Assembly (NCBI GenBank): GCA_951406725.2
Contig: OX597824.1
Coordinates: forward strand, 85,746,001-85,810,000
Direction: 5' to 3'
Origin: Octopus vulgaris
Lineage: Eukaryota
DNA: 64,000 nucleotides
The notes under the pieces are model-generated. The model saw only the letters and a program-made list of their open reading frames with translations. It made no database searches and was not told where the DNA came from. This document shows, piece after piece, positions 13,216 to 27,168 of the stretch. The translations under genes were made by a program, and so were the position numbers. Every line of letters starts with the position of its first letter. Positions within the stretch are counted from its first letter, which is position 1.

Positions 13216-16200
13216 ATCCCACCCATGCCAGCATGGAAGGCAGACATTAAGCAATGATGATGATGATGATGATTTTATATATATATAAATATATACGCAC
13301 ACTCAACAGGCTTCCTTCACTTTCTGTCTACCAAATCCACTCTCAAGGTTTTGATCAGCCCAAGACTATAGTAGCAGACACTTGCTCAAGGTGTCACACA
13401 GTGGGACTGAACTTGAAACCATGTGGTTGGGAAGCAAGCTTCTCACGACACAGCCACACCTGTTGATTTGAGAATATTACAATAAAAATTAAGAACTACA
13501 GCAATTTAGTGAAAAAGAATTCTGCAAAATTAAACAAATGGAAAATGGTAAAAAAAAAAAAAGAAGATAAAAACACAGGTCATCATCATTGTCATTATTT
13601 TAATGTCCTCAAGGTGGCGAGCTGACAGAACCATTAGCATGCCGGGCGAAATGCTTAGTGGTATTCCGTCTGCTGTTACGTTCTGAGTTCAAATTCTGCC
13701 ACGGTCGACTTTGCCTTTCATCCTTTCGGGGTCGATAAATTAAGTACCAGCTACGCACTGGGGTCGATCTAATCGACTTAATCCGTTTGTCTGTCCTTGT
13801 TTGTCCCCTCTATGTTTAGCCCCTTGTGGGTGGTAAAGAAATAGGTATTATGCCCGTCACTGTGTTCTGGCTTCAAATTCTGCTGAGATTGACTTTGCCT
13901 TTCATCTTTTCAGGGTCGATAAATTAAGTACCAGTTGAGTACTGGGGTCAATATAATCGACTTACCCCCATCCCCAAATTTCAGGCTTTGTGTCTATAGT
14001 AGAAAGGATTATTTTAACATCCTCTTGCATGGGTTAGATGGAATTTATTGAGGCTGATTTTCTGTAACCAGATGCAAATTCTTAATGCCGACCCTTACCT
14101 GTTTTCAACCAAAGTAATATTTCTCTATGGCTAGACTTGCTTTCACAGAATAGTGGGAATCAATGACATTTATTTACAACAGTCGTACGATGTCAAGACA
14201 AGGAATAAATAAATAAACAAAATAAAATGGTATGCACACTCCTCAGCTATACACTGCATCTGGGAAAACTGGTGTTCTCAACTAAAAATTAGGCAGGGTG
14301 GGGTGTCTCCGAAAGGGGTCTCAGGGAGTAGTGTCCCTTCCTTCCTGAGCTAGTTTTCCACCACATTTCTTTAAAATCATGATAGAGGCCTTGGTCTCAG
14401 GACCACTCATGTTTAGAAACTGAGGTTGAGAGAAAGAGGGGCATGCTCCCTTTTGTAAATCCAGCCCCAAGAAAGCCTCATGATAGCAAGGGAGAATGGG
14501 CACCAGCCAGCCCAAAGGTTGGGGTAGTCTGCACCTGCCTACCTCGGTTGCTATGGCATTGAGGTAGATCCGGCCACCCCATTAATGGGGAGAAAACCCG
14601 GATTTAAAACACTGGATGATGATGATGATGATGATGATGAATTATGTAACAAAAGTTCACTAAATCCTCTTTCATTATTAGATTAGGTCTATCATTTGTT
14701 TACACATACTGGTTTCAAATTTTGACACAAGACCAGTAATTTTAGAGGAGGAGTAAGTCAATTGCATGGACCCCAGTTTTTCAGCTGGTACTTATTTTAT
14801 TGACCCCGAAAGGATGAAAGACAAAATCAACCTTGGAGGAATTTGAACCCAGAATGTGAATTCGGAAGGTGTGCCACTTATTACTTTGTCCAACAAGGTA
14901 AGGATTTTGACAGCTCGCCACCTTACCTGTCTATTCATATCAGTTGTGCAATAGGTAATTGTGTAACAGTCTTGTAATATTTCATCATTCAGCCACCAGG
15001 GTAAAAATTAGCATAAAATTGACATTAGCTTACTTTAACATACATTCACTAAAGATATGTATGTGCAGGGAGGGGGGGCACATGTGTGGGTGTGGGTCTT
15101 TTACTGCTTCTTTTTCTGTTTTTTTCTGGGGTTTTTTTGTGTGTCTGTTTTATTCTGTGGAATGTTCGTATGCACTTTTGGTTTTCATTGCTTTTTTTTT
15201 AACAATTTTACTTGACTTATTTATGCTTTTTGTCCTCTCTTTTATCCATTATCTAGCAAGTTGCCGTGCACCTGAATACTGCATACAATAACATCATTAT
15301 CTGTTTCCATATTACCCACAAGGGGCTAAACATGGAGGGGACAAACAAGGACAGACAAACGAATTAAGTCGATTACATCGACCCCAGTGCGTAACTGGTA
15401 CTCAATTTATTGACCCTGAAAGGATGAAAGGCAAAGTCGACCTCGGCGGAATTTGAACTCAGAACGTATACACAGACGAAATACCGCTACGCATTTCGCC
15501 CGACGTGCTAACGGTTCTGCCAGCTCGCCGCCTTTGCATACAATAACTTCATTATCATGCATGCATACAAATATACATACATGCATATACATACATATAT
15601 ACACATATTGTAGAGGTGCAAGGGCCCAGTGGTTAGGGTAGCGGACTTGCGGTCATAGGATCGCGGTTTTGATTCCCAGACCAGGCGTTGTGAGTGTTTA
15701 TTGAGCAAAAACACCTAAAGGTCCATGAGGCAGGGTGTGGTGGCGATTCCAAAGCCTTGTGAGTGGATTTGGTAGATAGAAACTGAAAGAAGCCTGTTGT
15801 ATTTATATGTGTGCATCTGTGTGTGCGCGCACGTGTATGTGTGTGTGTTTGTTTGTGCATCTGAGTTTGTCCCCCCCCAACATCGCTTGACCAACACTGG
15901 TGTGTTTACATCCCCATAACTAGCGGTTCATCAAATGAGACCAATAGAATTAGTACTAGGCTAAGCAAAGAATTATAAGTCCTGGGGTTGATTTTCTCAA
16001 ATAAAAGGTGATGCTCCAGTATGGCCACAGTCAAATGACCAAAACATGTAAAGCAATAAAAGAACTCTTTAGCATTTAAACGGCCCAATATATTCTACTT
16101 GTTTTATATTCAAACTGTTGAAATCTGGTTTCTCACATCTACCCAACAATGTCATTCTAATGATAAACAATTATATCACTAAAATCTCTAAGTTACAAGA

Positions 16201-16840
16201 AAATGCATAATTAATTCAAAACAATGTTAATTAATTATGTCTGGGGAGAGTCATTCTCTTTTAGCGCCTTATTAATTTAGCACACTCACCAATTTCCACT
16301 CATTTACTTATTTGTTTTTTATCAAAATTTTTGTTGCAACTTGCAGGGTTTTCAATAGTCGTTAACCCTTAATAAGTATTGAATTTCACAGAGTAATCCG
16401 AATGCTAAAAGGTTAAATCTTAAAACTCTTTGAAACAGATTTTGCGATATCTGTTTCTCTCACAGTCACACATCAGGGTCACACACAAAAACCAATCACA
16501 TAAACTGAGCCGTATTCACACATGCACACACACGTGCTCACACACACACACACACACACACAAATACATTGTCACTAACCCTCACAGACACTCAATCATA
16601 AATCCACACTCATGTTTACTCATTTATATATATATACATACATACTTATATATATATGTATATACATATATATATACATATATATATATAGATATATATA
16701 TATACACATATATATGTATGTATGTATGTGTATGTATGTATGTATGTATATATATACATACATACATACATATATATACTTACATATATATACATACATA
16801 TATATATACATATATACATACATACATATATATACATATA

Positions 16841-16893
<53 letters not shown>

Positions 16894-18624
16894 TTGTACA
16901 AACACATCATCATGCAAATACATTAATACGTACACATTCACACAAACACAATCAAATATAAACATTCACACACACATATAACAACAATGGCGCACACACA
17001 CAAACACACACATTCTTACAAAAGTACACTGATAGATAAGATAACTTCTGTAGTGCCATCTGTAACACTCTCAAACCTAGAACAGAGCAGGCTACTTTAT
17101 TTAAGATTTGATCCCAAGCCTGCTTTCCCCAGCACCACAACCACATCCCTGATAGACACTGCTTCCAATACACAACTCTTTTCTATCACAGTCAATAAGC
17201 CCTGCCTGAAACAATTCCCGTATACTCTACCCAAGAAGCTCTCAAGTTTTATAACCAACACCATTCAACTCTGCAGGACTGGAACATTTCTAATATAAAG
17301 AAATAATTGGATTAATCACATACAGCCACGTACAAACGGTAATTTGGTTGCTAATGAAATTTTTTTACTTCAAATCTCCCATTTCACAACTGATTTTGTC
17401 TTACCTTGTTTCCTTCATACTCACAATGATACCAACCCGGCTGAAACCGCCGCTGGCTCTGTAGTACAAATGGCTTGTTTTCATAAGTTTACCAAATCCA
17501 CTCACAAGGCTTTGGTCGGCCCGAGGCTATAGTAGAAGACACTTGTCCAAGGTGCCATGCAGTGGGACTGAACCCGGAACCATGTGGTTGGTAAGCAAGC
17601 TACTTACCACACAGCCACTCCTACGCCTATTCTTCTTAAAGTTCCTTTCACTTGAGTTGTTTAACTCATCTTCATCCAAATTTCAATTTTTCAAAAGCAT
17701 CACATCTTCCTCCTCCCCCCCCCAATGCAGTCTTCTCTTTTGCACACTATGGCTCACTATTCTAATGCTCGTTTTATTTTACTAGTATTTACATCTACAC
17801 AGCATTTTAATTGGTTTGATTATGTGTCTTATTCTTGAATGTGTGCGTAGTATAGAAGTGGATTCAGACTGGTAACCTTTATTTCAAAGCTCTCAGATCA
17901 AATCAGGTATCGCAGCATGTGTTATTGCAGCACTTTGCTTCATTCAGCTTCTGCTCAGGTCATCTCAGGCAGCCTTCCATATGATGGATCTCAAATCACC
18001 TTTGAGTGACTATTCCAGCTGTTTGACCCAAGAACTATCTTCTTATTTTATTATAGCCTTAATGGTTGAGTAGCCTTTAACTTCTATCCAACTTGTTTAT
18101 AGTATTACTTATATAAAGATATAATAAATAAATAAATGCGCCCTTTTTTTTAAAGCCTAGCCAGGCTCATGGGCCCAGTTTCCCAGTTTCTATGGCGTAT
18201 ATGTTCCCCAGCTGGACGGGATGCCAGTCCATTGCAGCATTACTCACTTTTGCCGGCTGAGTGGACTGGAGCAATGTGAAATGAAGTGTTTTGCTCAAGA
18301 ACACAATGCGTCTCCTGGTCCAGGAATTGAAACCACAATCTTACGATCATGATGCTGACACCCTAACCACTAGGCTACACGCCTCCGCATATAAAGATAT
18401 ACTATTCCATAAAGAATATCATCATCAGTCACTGGACTGCAGCCATGCTGGGGCACTGCTTTGAAGGGTTCAGTCAAACATGTTGACCCCAGTACTTATT
18501 TTTAAGCCTGGTGCTAACACCATTAGTATCTTTTTACCAAACCACTAACTTATGGGGACATAATCAAACACAACATCGATTGTCAAGCAGGGGTGGGGGA
18601 CAAACACAAACATAAAGACATTAA

Positions 18625-19105
18625 AATTCGATGACTGGCATCTGTTGCTAGTGGAGCGCTAAGAGTACCATATGAGTAAGATCGTTGCCAGAGCAACAAG
18701 CTGGCCTTCGTGCCAATGGCACGTAAAAGACACCATTCGAGCATGATCGTTATCTGCGTCGCCTTACTGGCGCTTGTGCTGGTGACACACGAAAAAAACA
18801 TTCGAGTGAGGTTGTTTCCAGTGCTGCTGGACTGGCTCCAGTGCAGGTGGCACATAAAAAGCACCATGTGAGCGTGGCCATTGCCAGTACCACCTGACTG
18901 GCCCCCGTGCCGGTGGCACGTAAAAGCACCCACTACACTCTTAGAGTTGTTGGCATTAGGAAGGGCATCCAGCTGTAGAAACTCTGCCAGGTAAGATTGA
19001 AGCCTAGTGCAGCCATCTGGTTCGCCAGTCCTCAGTCAAATCGTCCAACCCATGCTAGCATGGAAAGCGGACGTTAAACAATGATGATGATGATGATGAT
19101 GATGA
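18625..19105 (+). mobile_element. Retroposon family S4 with ~50-bp internal tandem units and (GAT)n tail (copies at about 5025-5375, 44170-44545, 47828-48085, 54440-54870, 56493-56884)
   Basis: Shared tail GGCATTAGGAAGGGCATCCAGCTG...CCAACCCATGCTAGCATGGAAAGCGGACGTTAAA then (GAT)n. Confidence 0.75.
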
Positions 19106-19699
19106 CACATGTACATACACACACACACACACACACACAAATACACACACATATATGATAGGCTTCTTTCAGTTTCCATCTGCTTAATCTTCTCTCAAGA
19201 TTTTCATCAGCCCAGTGTTAAAGTAGAAGACAGTATCCTGGGGTGCCATGCAGTGGGACTGAACCCAGAACCATATGGTTGTGAAGCAAACTTCTTAACA
19301 CACAGTTACACCTGCAAATATACATGTGTATGTATACTGTTATATATATGTATATATAAATATATACATATATATATATGTATGAACAACCCATGATTGT
19401 CCAACCCATGCTAGCATGGAAAGCGGACATTAAACGATGATGATGATGATGATAATGATGATGATGATCTACATTAATTAGTTCTACTCTAGAATATATT
19501 ATTAGTTTTGCTCCAAATCAAATTGTTCAAGATATAATACATTGATTCTGTCCAAATTGGCTACCATTCAGTTGAGAGGTTATATCATCAGAACCATATA
19601 CATTTTCAATCAGGTGTTTTGTATATCAAAGAAAATTAAAAATAAACTACCTGGCAATGTAAATCTCCCATTTAGTGCATGACAAAATAATATTACAAT

Positions 19700-19702
19700 C
19701 TA

Positions 19703-19780
<78 letters not shown>

Positions 19781-19801
19781 GATATCTATATATATATATA
19801 T

Positions 19802-19853
<52 letters not shown>

Positions 19854-19854
19854 T

Positions 19855-19885
<31 letters not shown>

Positions 19886-19981
19886 CTAGATAGATAGATA
19901 GATAGATATATCCATCTATCTATCTATCTATCTATCTATACAACATACACACATACTATATATATATATATATATTATATA

Positions 19982-20013
<32 letters not shown>

Positions 20014-20123
20014 GTATACATACCATATATATATATATATATATCCACACACACATATGTATGCATGATGTATGTATGTAATTATATATGTATATATATA
20101 TATACATGTATGTATGTATGATG

Positions 20124-20196
<73 letters not shown>

Positions 20197-20345
20197 GTAT
20201 ATATATATATGTATATGCTATATATATATATATATATGTATATGCTATATATATATATATATATATTATATGTGTGTATATGTATTTTCATGTATGTGTA
20301 TGTATATACACACACACACATACATACAAATGTGTGTGTATGTGT
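19700..20345. repeat. (TATC)n-(GATA)n-(TATC)n and (TA/TG)n microsatellites
   Basis: Seen directly; similar tracts at about 13100-13210, 16625-16890, 20877-21082, 25925-26325, 35770-35845, 60140-60385. Confidence 0.95.
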
Positions 20346-20527
20346 GAACGTGTTTGTATTTTGTGTGTGTGAGAGAGAGACTATGTGGTGTGTGCACTGA
20401 CCATATGAGCTAATTAAATAATTCTGAATGTAATAAAACCAAAATTTGTTTAGAGCAAGGCTAGGAATATATTCTGGACAGAATTAATTAACTCATATTT
20501 GAGAAGACTTAAAATAAATTTTCCTTC

Positions 20528-20559
<32 letters not shown>

Positions 20560-21368
20560 ATTTATGAGCATGGATATGTATTCACTTCAAAAATATAGCG
20601 TAGATACATAAACATACACAAATGTCAAATGCACACATACACACACAGACACACACGCACACAGACACACACGCACACATCATGTATAAATATAAAATCC
20701 AATTTTGAGATAAATCCTTCATGTTTTTGAATTACAGTGATAAAGAGGCTACATATATGCTATATATAAACTATAAGCTATATATATAAACTATAAGCTA
20801 TATATAACCTATGTAATTATATGGTTTGGATTTTTAAAATTGCATGTTCTGAGTTAGGTACAAAGAGTCACCTTCAATACATACATACATACATACATAC
20901 ATACATACATACATACATACATACATGCACACATACATACACACATACATATATACACACATACATACACATACATACATACACACATACATGCACACAT
21001 ACATACATGCAAACTTACATGCATACATGCATACATACATACATACATACACACATACATACATACATACATACATACATACATGTTTGTACCCCCAACA
21101 TCACTTGACAACCGATGGTGGTGTGTTTACATCCCCGTAACTTAGCAGTTCGGCAAAAGAGACCTATAGAATAAGTACTAGACTTACAAAGAATAAGTCC
21201 TGGGGGTCGATTTGCTCGACTAAAGGTGGTGCTCTAGCATGGCCACAGTCACATGACTGAAACAAGTAAAAGAGTAATTCCTTGTCTCTTAAATATAGAA
21301 CTGCACACATATATATATATATATATACTGGCATAGATGTGGCAACATTTGAAATGTTGTCTAGGTAT

Positions 21369-21439
21369 ATGCAGCTGATGAAGACAAATCAAATCTACGT
21401 TGTCAAACATATTTGAAGAGTCTGAAACCAGTCCTGCAT
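21369..21439 (+). ncRNA. Type I hammerhead ribozyme motif (minimal stem III)
   Basis: Stem I ATGCAG/CTGCAT; core CTGATGA (21375-81); stem II AGAC/GTCT with TCAAAT/ATTTGA extension; GAAA; stem III AC-CA-GT; cleavage triplet GTC ending at 21433. Confidence 0.8.
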
Positions 21440-21609
21440 TATCCGTTTCTAGGTTTTTCATTTTTCAGAGGTAAGACAAATTTTTTTCATGTTTGTTGCA
21501 CACACACGTCTTAGCTACTATATACGCAGTGAAGCTATACAATAGCGTCGTATTTATTATGATCGCTATTTTCCAGTAAATATCAGTACTTCGTTGTACC
21601 ATTTATTTA

Positions 21610-21651
<42 letters not shown>

Positions 21652-22342
21652 AATATATATTTATATACATAAATATACATACATATATATAACTCCTTAA
21701 AAATGACCTTTAGTAATCTGTAAACCTCTATATTAACTCATCATATAACTTCCAAATTTACAATCTCCACTTCTAAAATAATAATCCCTTCCCTTGTTTC
21801 TTGACTATATATATATATATATACATACATATCATCATCATCATCATCATCATCATCGTTTAACGTCCGCTTTCCATGCTAGGGGTCTGGGAAGCCCGAA
21901 GGCTGCACCAGGCCAGTCAGATGTGGCAGTGTTTCTACCACATCTGATATATATATATATATTCTATCGCGTTCACTAAAATTTTGTGCAGGAATCATAT
22001 CAAGAAGTGGCACAAACTGGTGACTTTTGGAACGTTTTAAATGTGTAATTCACGTATATTCACCTGATGAAAACAGTTTTCTTTCTTTTTTTTTTTTGCA
22101 TGATGTAATAATATCTCTATTCATCAATAAAAAAAACTTGTTGGAAACAGCTGTAGTAAACGAACCATTATCCATCTGTTGTTAGTTAGATATACCATTT
22201 AAGTACCTGATTCAATTGAATCCTCTGTGTGTGTGTGTGTGTAGCTTATTACTACATGCTACACACCTTCTACACACCAGTAGCTGTTATATGTTAAGGG
22301 ACAGCTGAAATCAGGCATTTTTTCTTTTCTATTCTTTTAGCA

Positions 22343-22397
22343 ATGAAGACCCTCTTTTTTATCACAGCAGTTTTGTTTTGTTGGCAGAACACTGCAG
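22343..22397 (+). CDS. Orphan gene, signal-peptide exon
   Basis: Pyrimidine-rich TTTTAG acceptor at 22340; ATG 2 nt later; CAG|GTATGT donor; MKTLFFITAVLFCWQNTA. Confidence 0.72.
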
Positions 22398-25300
22398 GTA
22401 TGTTATATATTATAATGGTTACCGGGGGGCAGTTATTGTTACAGTGATGGAAGTGTTATTGTTGTTGTAATGGATGAGGCTGTAGTTCTTGTTATAATGA
22501 TAATGAAATTATTGTATGCAGTGCTCAGGTGCACCACAACTTGTCAGAAAGTGCATATAAAGCATATGCAGTAATGTACAAATGTCTGGAAAGTGAACAG
22601 TGTATGAGTCAGATACATGCTTGCGTGTGTATGGAGGGGAGAAAATCAGGTGTAGTGTTGGCAAATCTCAGGAAGCATGGAAGTGTTGAAGGATGCAATG
22701 CTCCAACAACTAACAACTGATACTGGCAGTTTGTTCCATACTTCAGCAATACTTAGTGTGAAAAAATGTTTCCAAAAGTCATGGGAGCTGTGCTGTTTTC
22801 TGACTTTGTATACATGTCCACAGGTGTTAGATAGGTGGAGTTTGAAAAGGTGCTCAGAGTTATTGTTGGTAAGATGGTTAATAATTTTCTTGAAGCTGCT
22901 TCTGTACTGCTGTTGTGACTATTGCTGTTGCATTTGTTACTGATCTTGTTGGTACTGTTGTTGTTGTTGTTGTTGCTGTTGTTGATAGCTGGTGGTGGTG
23001 GTGGTGGTCACCACATAAGACCATCCTGTCTTTTGTCTATTGAAGTCTATGTTATCTAATTTGTTATACTATTTTCAAGAACATAACCTGTGATTCAAGG
23101 GAAATTTGATTGCTGAACTTAATAGATCAAATCTCCCTCTTGTTTCAGTTTCTAGAAGGTTGAGTTACCATATATAACAGGCACGAGCAACCTTTGTTTT
23201 TAGAGAAGTAGACCACATGAGACATGGTTCATTATTAGGTGGGCTGTACAGCTAAAATAATTCAAGGTAATTTTTTATTGGCATGCCATTCAGGAAAACC
23301 CATGTACCCCAGTGTGCCCATGACTATTATAGAGAGTCGCTTGTAGCAAAGCTAAAATGTGTGTGCTGCTCAGGGCAACCCTTGAATTTGCTACCCCGAC
23401 TGGGATCTATACAGTCTATATAAGATTATACAAAAGTGTTGCCCTCATAAAAGCTTCACCCGAGGTGGTCTATTTCCCTTACACCTCTAGCAACATTACA
23501 GCTTTGATAATAAGTTGTCAGAAGAGATAAAGTTCCAATCTAAAAGAAATCTCTGAAGATCTTCCTTGTTTTCTTTTATATTACTTAAAGGATTTCTTTG
23601 TTGCAGCTTACCATAGTAAAATTTGTTGTTTTCTTTGTTTCAGGTTGTGGAAATGACGAAAGAAGGTAATATTTGAAATTGAATCTAATCCTTATTTGTA
23701 ACTGTTTGATTGTATAGAGCATTAGGCAACCAGCCAAAGGGTTGATAGTTTATATTCTGTTTCCAGTACGTGTAACCTTGCCCATCAATTTTATTTATTC
23801 ATCATGGAAGCACTCCGTCGGTTACGACGACAAGGGTTCCGGTTGATCTGAATCAACGGAACAGCCTGCTCATGAAATTAACGTGTAAGTGGTTGAGCAC
23901 TCCACAGACACGTGTACCCTTAACGTAGTTCTCGGGGATATTCAGCGTGACACAGAGAGTGACAAGGCCGTCCCTTTGAAATACAGGTACAACAGAAACA
24001 GGAAGTAAGAGTGAGAGAAAGTTGTGGTGAAAGAGTACAGCAGGGATCACCACCATCCCCTGCCGGAGCCTCGTGGAGCTTTAGGTGTTTTCGCTCAATA
24101 AACACTCACAACGCCCGGTCTGGGAATCGAAACCGCGATCCTATGACTGCAAGTCCGCTGCCCTAACCACTGGGCCATTGCGCCTCCTTTTATTCATCAC
24201 TGATCTGGTGTAACACAGTAAGCTCAATTGTGAACCACATTATGCTTATCACAGATTGATCTCTGATATCACAGGCCAGAGATCAGTTAGAGATTCTGCT
24301 TGTACCACAAAAATGCATTCCAGCAACTGCTCATAATACTCAGTAACTCAGAATGCACTATCACATGTGTTTAGCTGACCATGCCGTGAGGTTACTCTCT
24401 TTTACTCTTTTACTTGTTTCAGTCATTTGACTGCGGCCATGTATGAGCACCACCTTTAATCGAGCAACTCGACCCCAGGACATATTCTTTTGTAAGCCCA
24501 GTACTTATTCTATCGGTTTCTTTTCCTGAACCGCTAAGTAACAGGGACATAAACACACCAGCATCGGTTGTCAAGCAATGCTAGGGGGACAAACACAGAC
24601 ACACAAACACACACATGCATATATATATATATACATATATACGACGGGCTTCTTTCAGTTTCCGTCTACCAAATCCACTCACAAGGCTTTGGTCGGCCCG
24701 AGGCTATATTAGAAGACACTTCCCCATGGTGCCACGCAGGTTATGTATTTTTTATATAAATTTATGTATTTGTACCTATCAACCTGGTATCAGTAAGCAG
24801 AAATAAAAGCAAAGGCGGTGAGCTGGCAGAAATGTTAGCATGCCGGGAGAAATGCCTAGCCGTATTTCATCTGCCACTACGTTCTGAGTTCAAATTCCGC
24901 CGAGGTCGACTTTGCCTTTCATCCTTTTGGGGTCGATAAATTAAGTACCAGTTACGCACTGGAGTCAATGTAATCAACTTAATCCGTTTGTCTGTCCTTG
25001 TTTGTCCTCTCTGTGTTTAGCTCCATGTAGGTAGTAAAGAAATAGGCATTTCGTCTGCCGTTACATTCTGAGTTCAAATTCCGTCGAGGTCGACTTTGCC
25101 TTTCATCCTTTTGGGGGTCGATAAATTAAGTACCAGTTACGCACTGGGATCAATGTAATCGACTTAATCCGTTTGTCTGTCCTTGTTTTGTCCCCTCTGT
25201 GTTTAGCCCCTTATGAGTAGTAAAGAAATAGGCATTTTGTCTGCCGTAACGTTTTGAGTTCAAATTCCGCCAAGGTCAACTTTGCCTTTCATCCTTTCGG

Positions 25301-26011
25301 GGTCGATAAATTAAGTACCAGTTATGCACTGGGGTTGATATAATCGACTTAGTCCCTTTGTCTGTCCTTGTTTATCCTCTCTATGTTTAACCCCTTGTGG
25401 GCAATAAAGAAATAAGAAACACTTATCCATGGGTCTCCTCTTGTATCCAGACAATAAGCCTTCCTTTTTCCTAACGGCATGTCTATTCTGGAGAATTCTT
25501 GACACTTGAGATTATCTCCCCTCCCTAAGTGGAGCTACTTTTCATTGCCATTTGGTAATTATGATACAACCTCTAGAGGAGGAGATGATCTTACTAAACC
25601 AAGAATTCTTATTGTTAGGTATTTAACATAGCAGAATTTGTCCTGTGTTATTTCCCTTAGCTCACTGCTGTCTTCCTAGCCACCCTTGTCCCCAACCACT
25701 TCCTTCCTTCTGGTCAATTCAACATATGCAACCGTTAATCCAGACACATTTTTCTTTCCTCTCTCCATTGTTTCCCATCCTCATTCCTTTCTGAAGAAGG
25801 GCATAGGTTTGAAACATCAAAGACTTCTTCCATTTTCCCTGGGCATTAAACTAATACATCTTGTTTGTTATTCCCTCACCTGCCTCTGTCATCTGTTTTG
25901 TTTCTTTGTTTGTTCAGTTTTGAACTATAATATATATAATATGTATTTATAATATATATGTGTGTATATACATACACACACATATATATATGTATACACA
26001 CACACATACAG

Positions 26012-26043
<32 letters not shown>

Positions 26044-26102
26044 GGAGAGAGACAGAGTGGCTATATATATATATATGCGTGTGTGTGTGTGTGTGTGTAT
26101 TC

Positions 26103-26133
<31 letters not shown>

Positions 26134-26209
26134 TATATACACATATATGCATATATATATTTATACACACATGCACACACACATATATGGAGTGAGACAG
26201 AGTTGGGAG

Positions 26210-26246
<37 letters not shown>

Positions 26247-27131
26247 GTATATATATACACACACACACGTATATATATATATATACACACACATATATAC
26301 ATATATTTATACACGCACACACACATATGGTGTGAGACAAAGAGTGGGGAGTAAAAAAATGCTGGGAAAGGAAGGTTCGTTGATGCATTGTGATATTTTC
26401 CTTGGCAGAGAGAAGCCGGACCAGTATTTGATACACTCCAGTAAACCGCAACATGAAATTATACAAGAGACAGATGTTTCTGACAAAGTGAACAGGTAAT
26501 ACAAATAGGTTTCTGCTTCTCTTTGTATGAAGTACAATTATCTCAGAATATATTTTCCCAGCCCACGTCTCAGAATAAAATATCTACAGCATTACATCAT
26601 ACTACAGCCATGCTACACTCTTAATATATAAAAGGGTATGTATGCAAGCAAGTATATATATATATATATATATATATTTATGTATGTAAGTACGTGTTTA
26701 TATATGTATGCATGTATGCATGCATGAGTGAATTTATGTATATAGCTATCAATGTATGTATATGTATGTTTGTAAGCAAGCATGTATGTGTTTATGTATG
26801 CATCTATGTATGAAGGTTTAGTAAAAGACAAAGTGAAACACAGTGGTATGGAACCTAGAACCATGTGGTTGGGAAGCAAACTTCTTACCACACAGCCATG
26901 CCTACTCTTTTACTCTTTTACTTGTTTCAGCCATTTGACTGAAGCCATGCTGGAGCACCACCTTTTTAGTCGATCGAGCAAATCGACCCCAGGACTTATT
27001 CTTTGTAAGCCTGGTACTTATTTTATCGGTCTCTTTTGCCAAACCGCTAAGTGACAGGGACATAAACACACCAGCATCGGTTGTCAAGCGATATTGGGGG
27101 GACAAACACAGACGCACAAACATACACGCAC

Positions 27132-27168
<37 letters not shown>

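Noticed and set aside
14240-14640. Possible RTE-derived element with an HDV-like ribozyme
   Set aside because: GC-richer with a (GAT)n tail, but a nested double pseudoknot could not be built by eye.
16430-16981. Long YI/HT/VC-rich ORFs here and at 13000, 20072, 25925, 60096
   Set aside because: Translations of (TA)n/(CA)n microsatellites; open in several frames on both strands.
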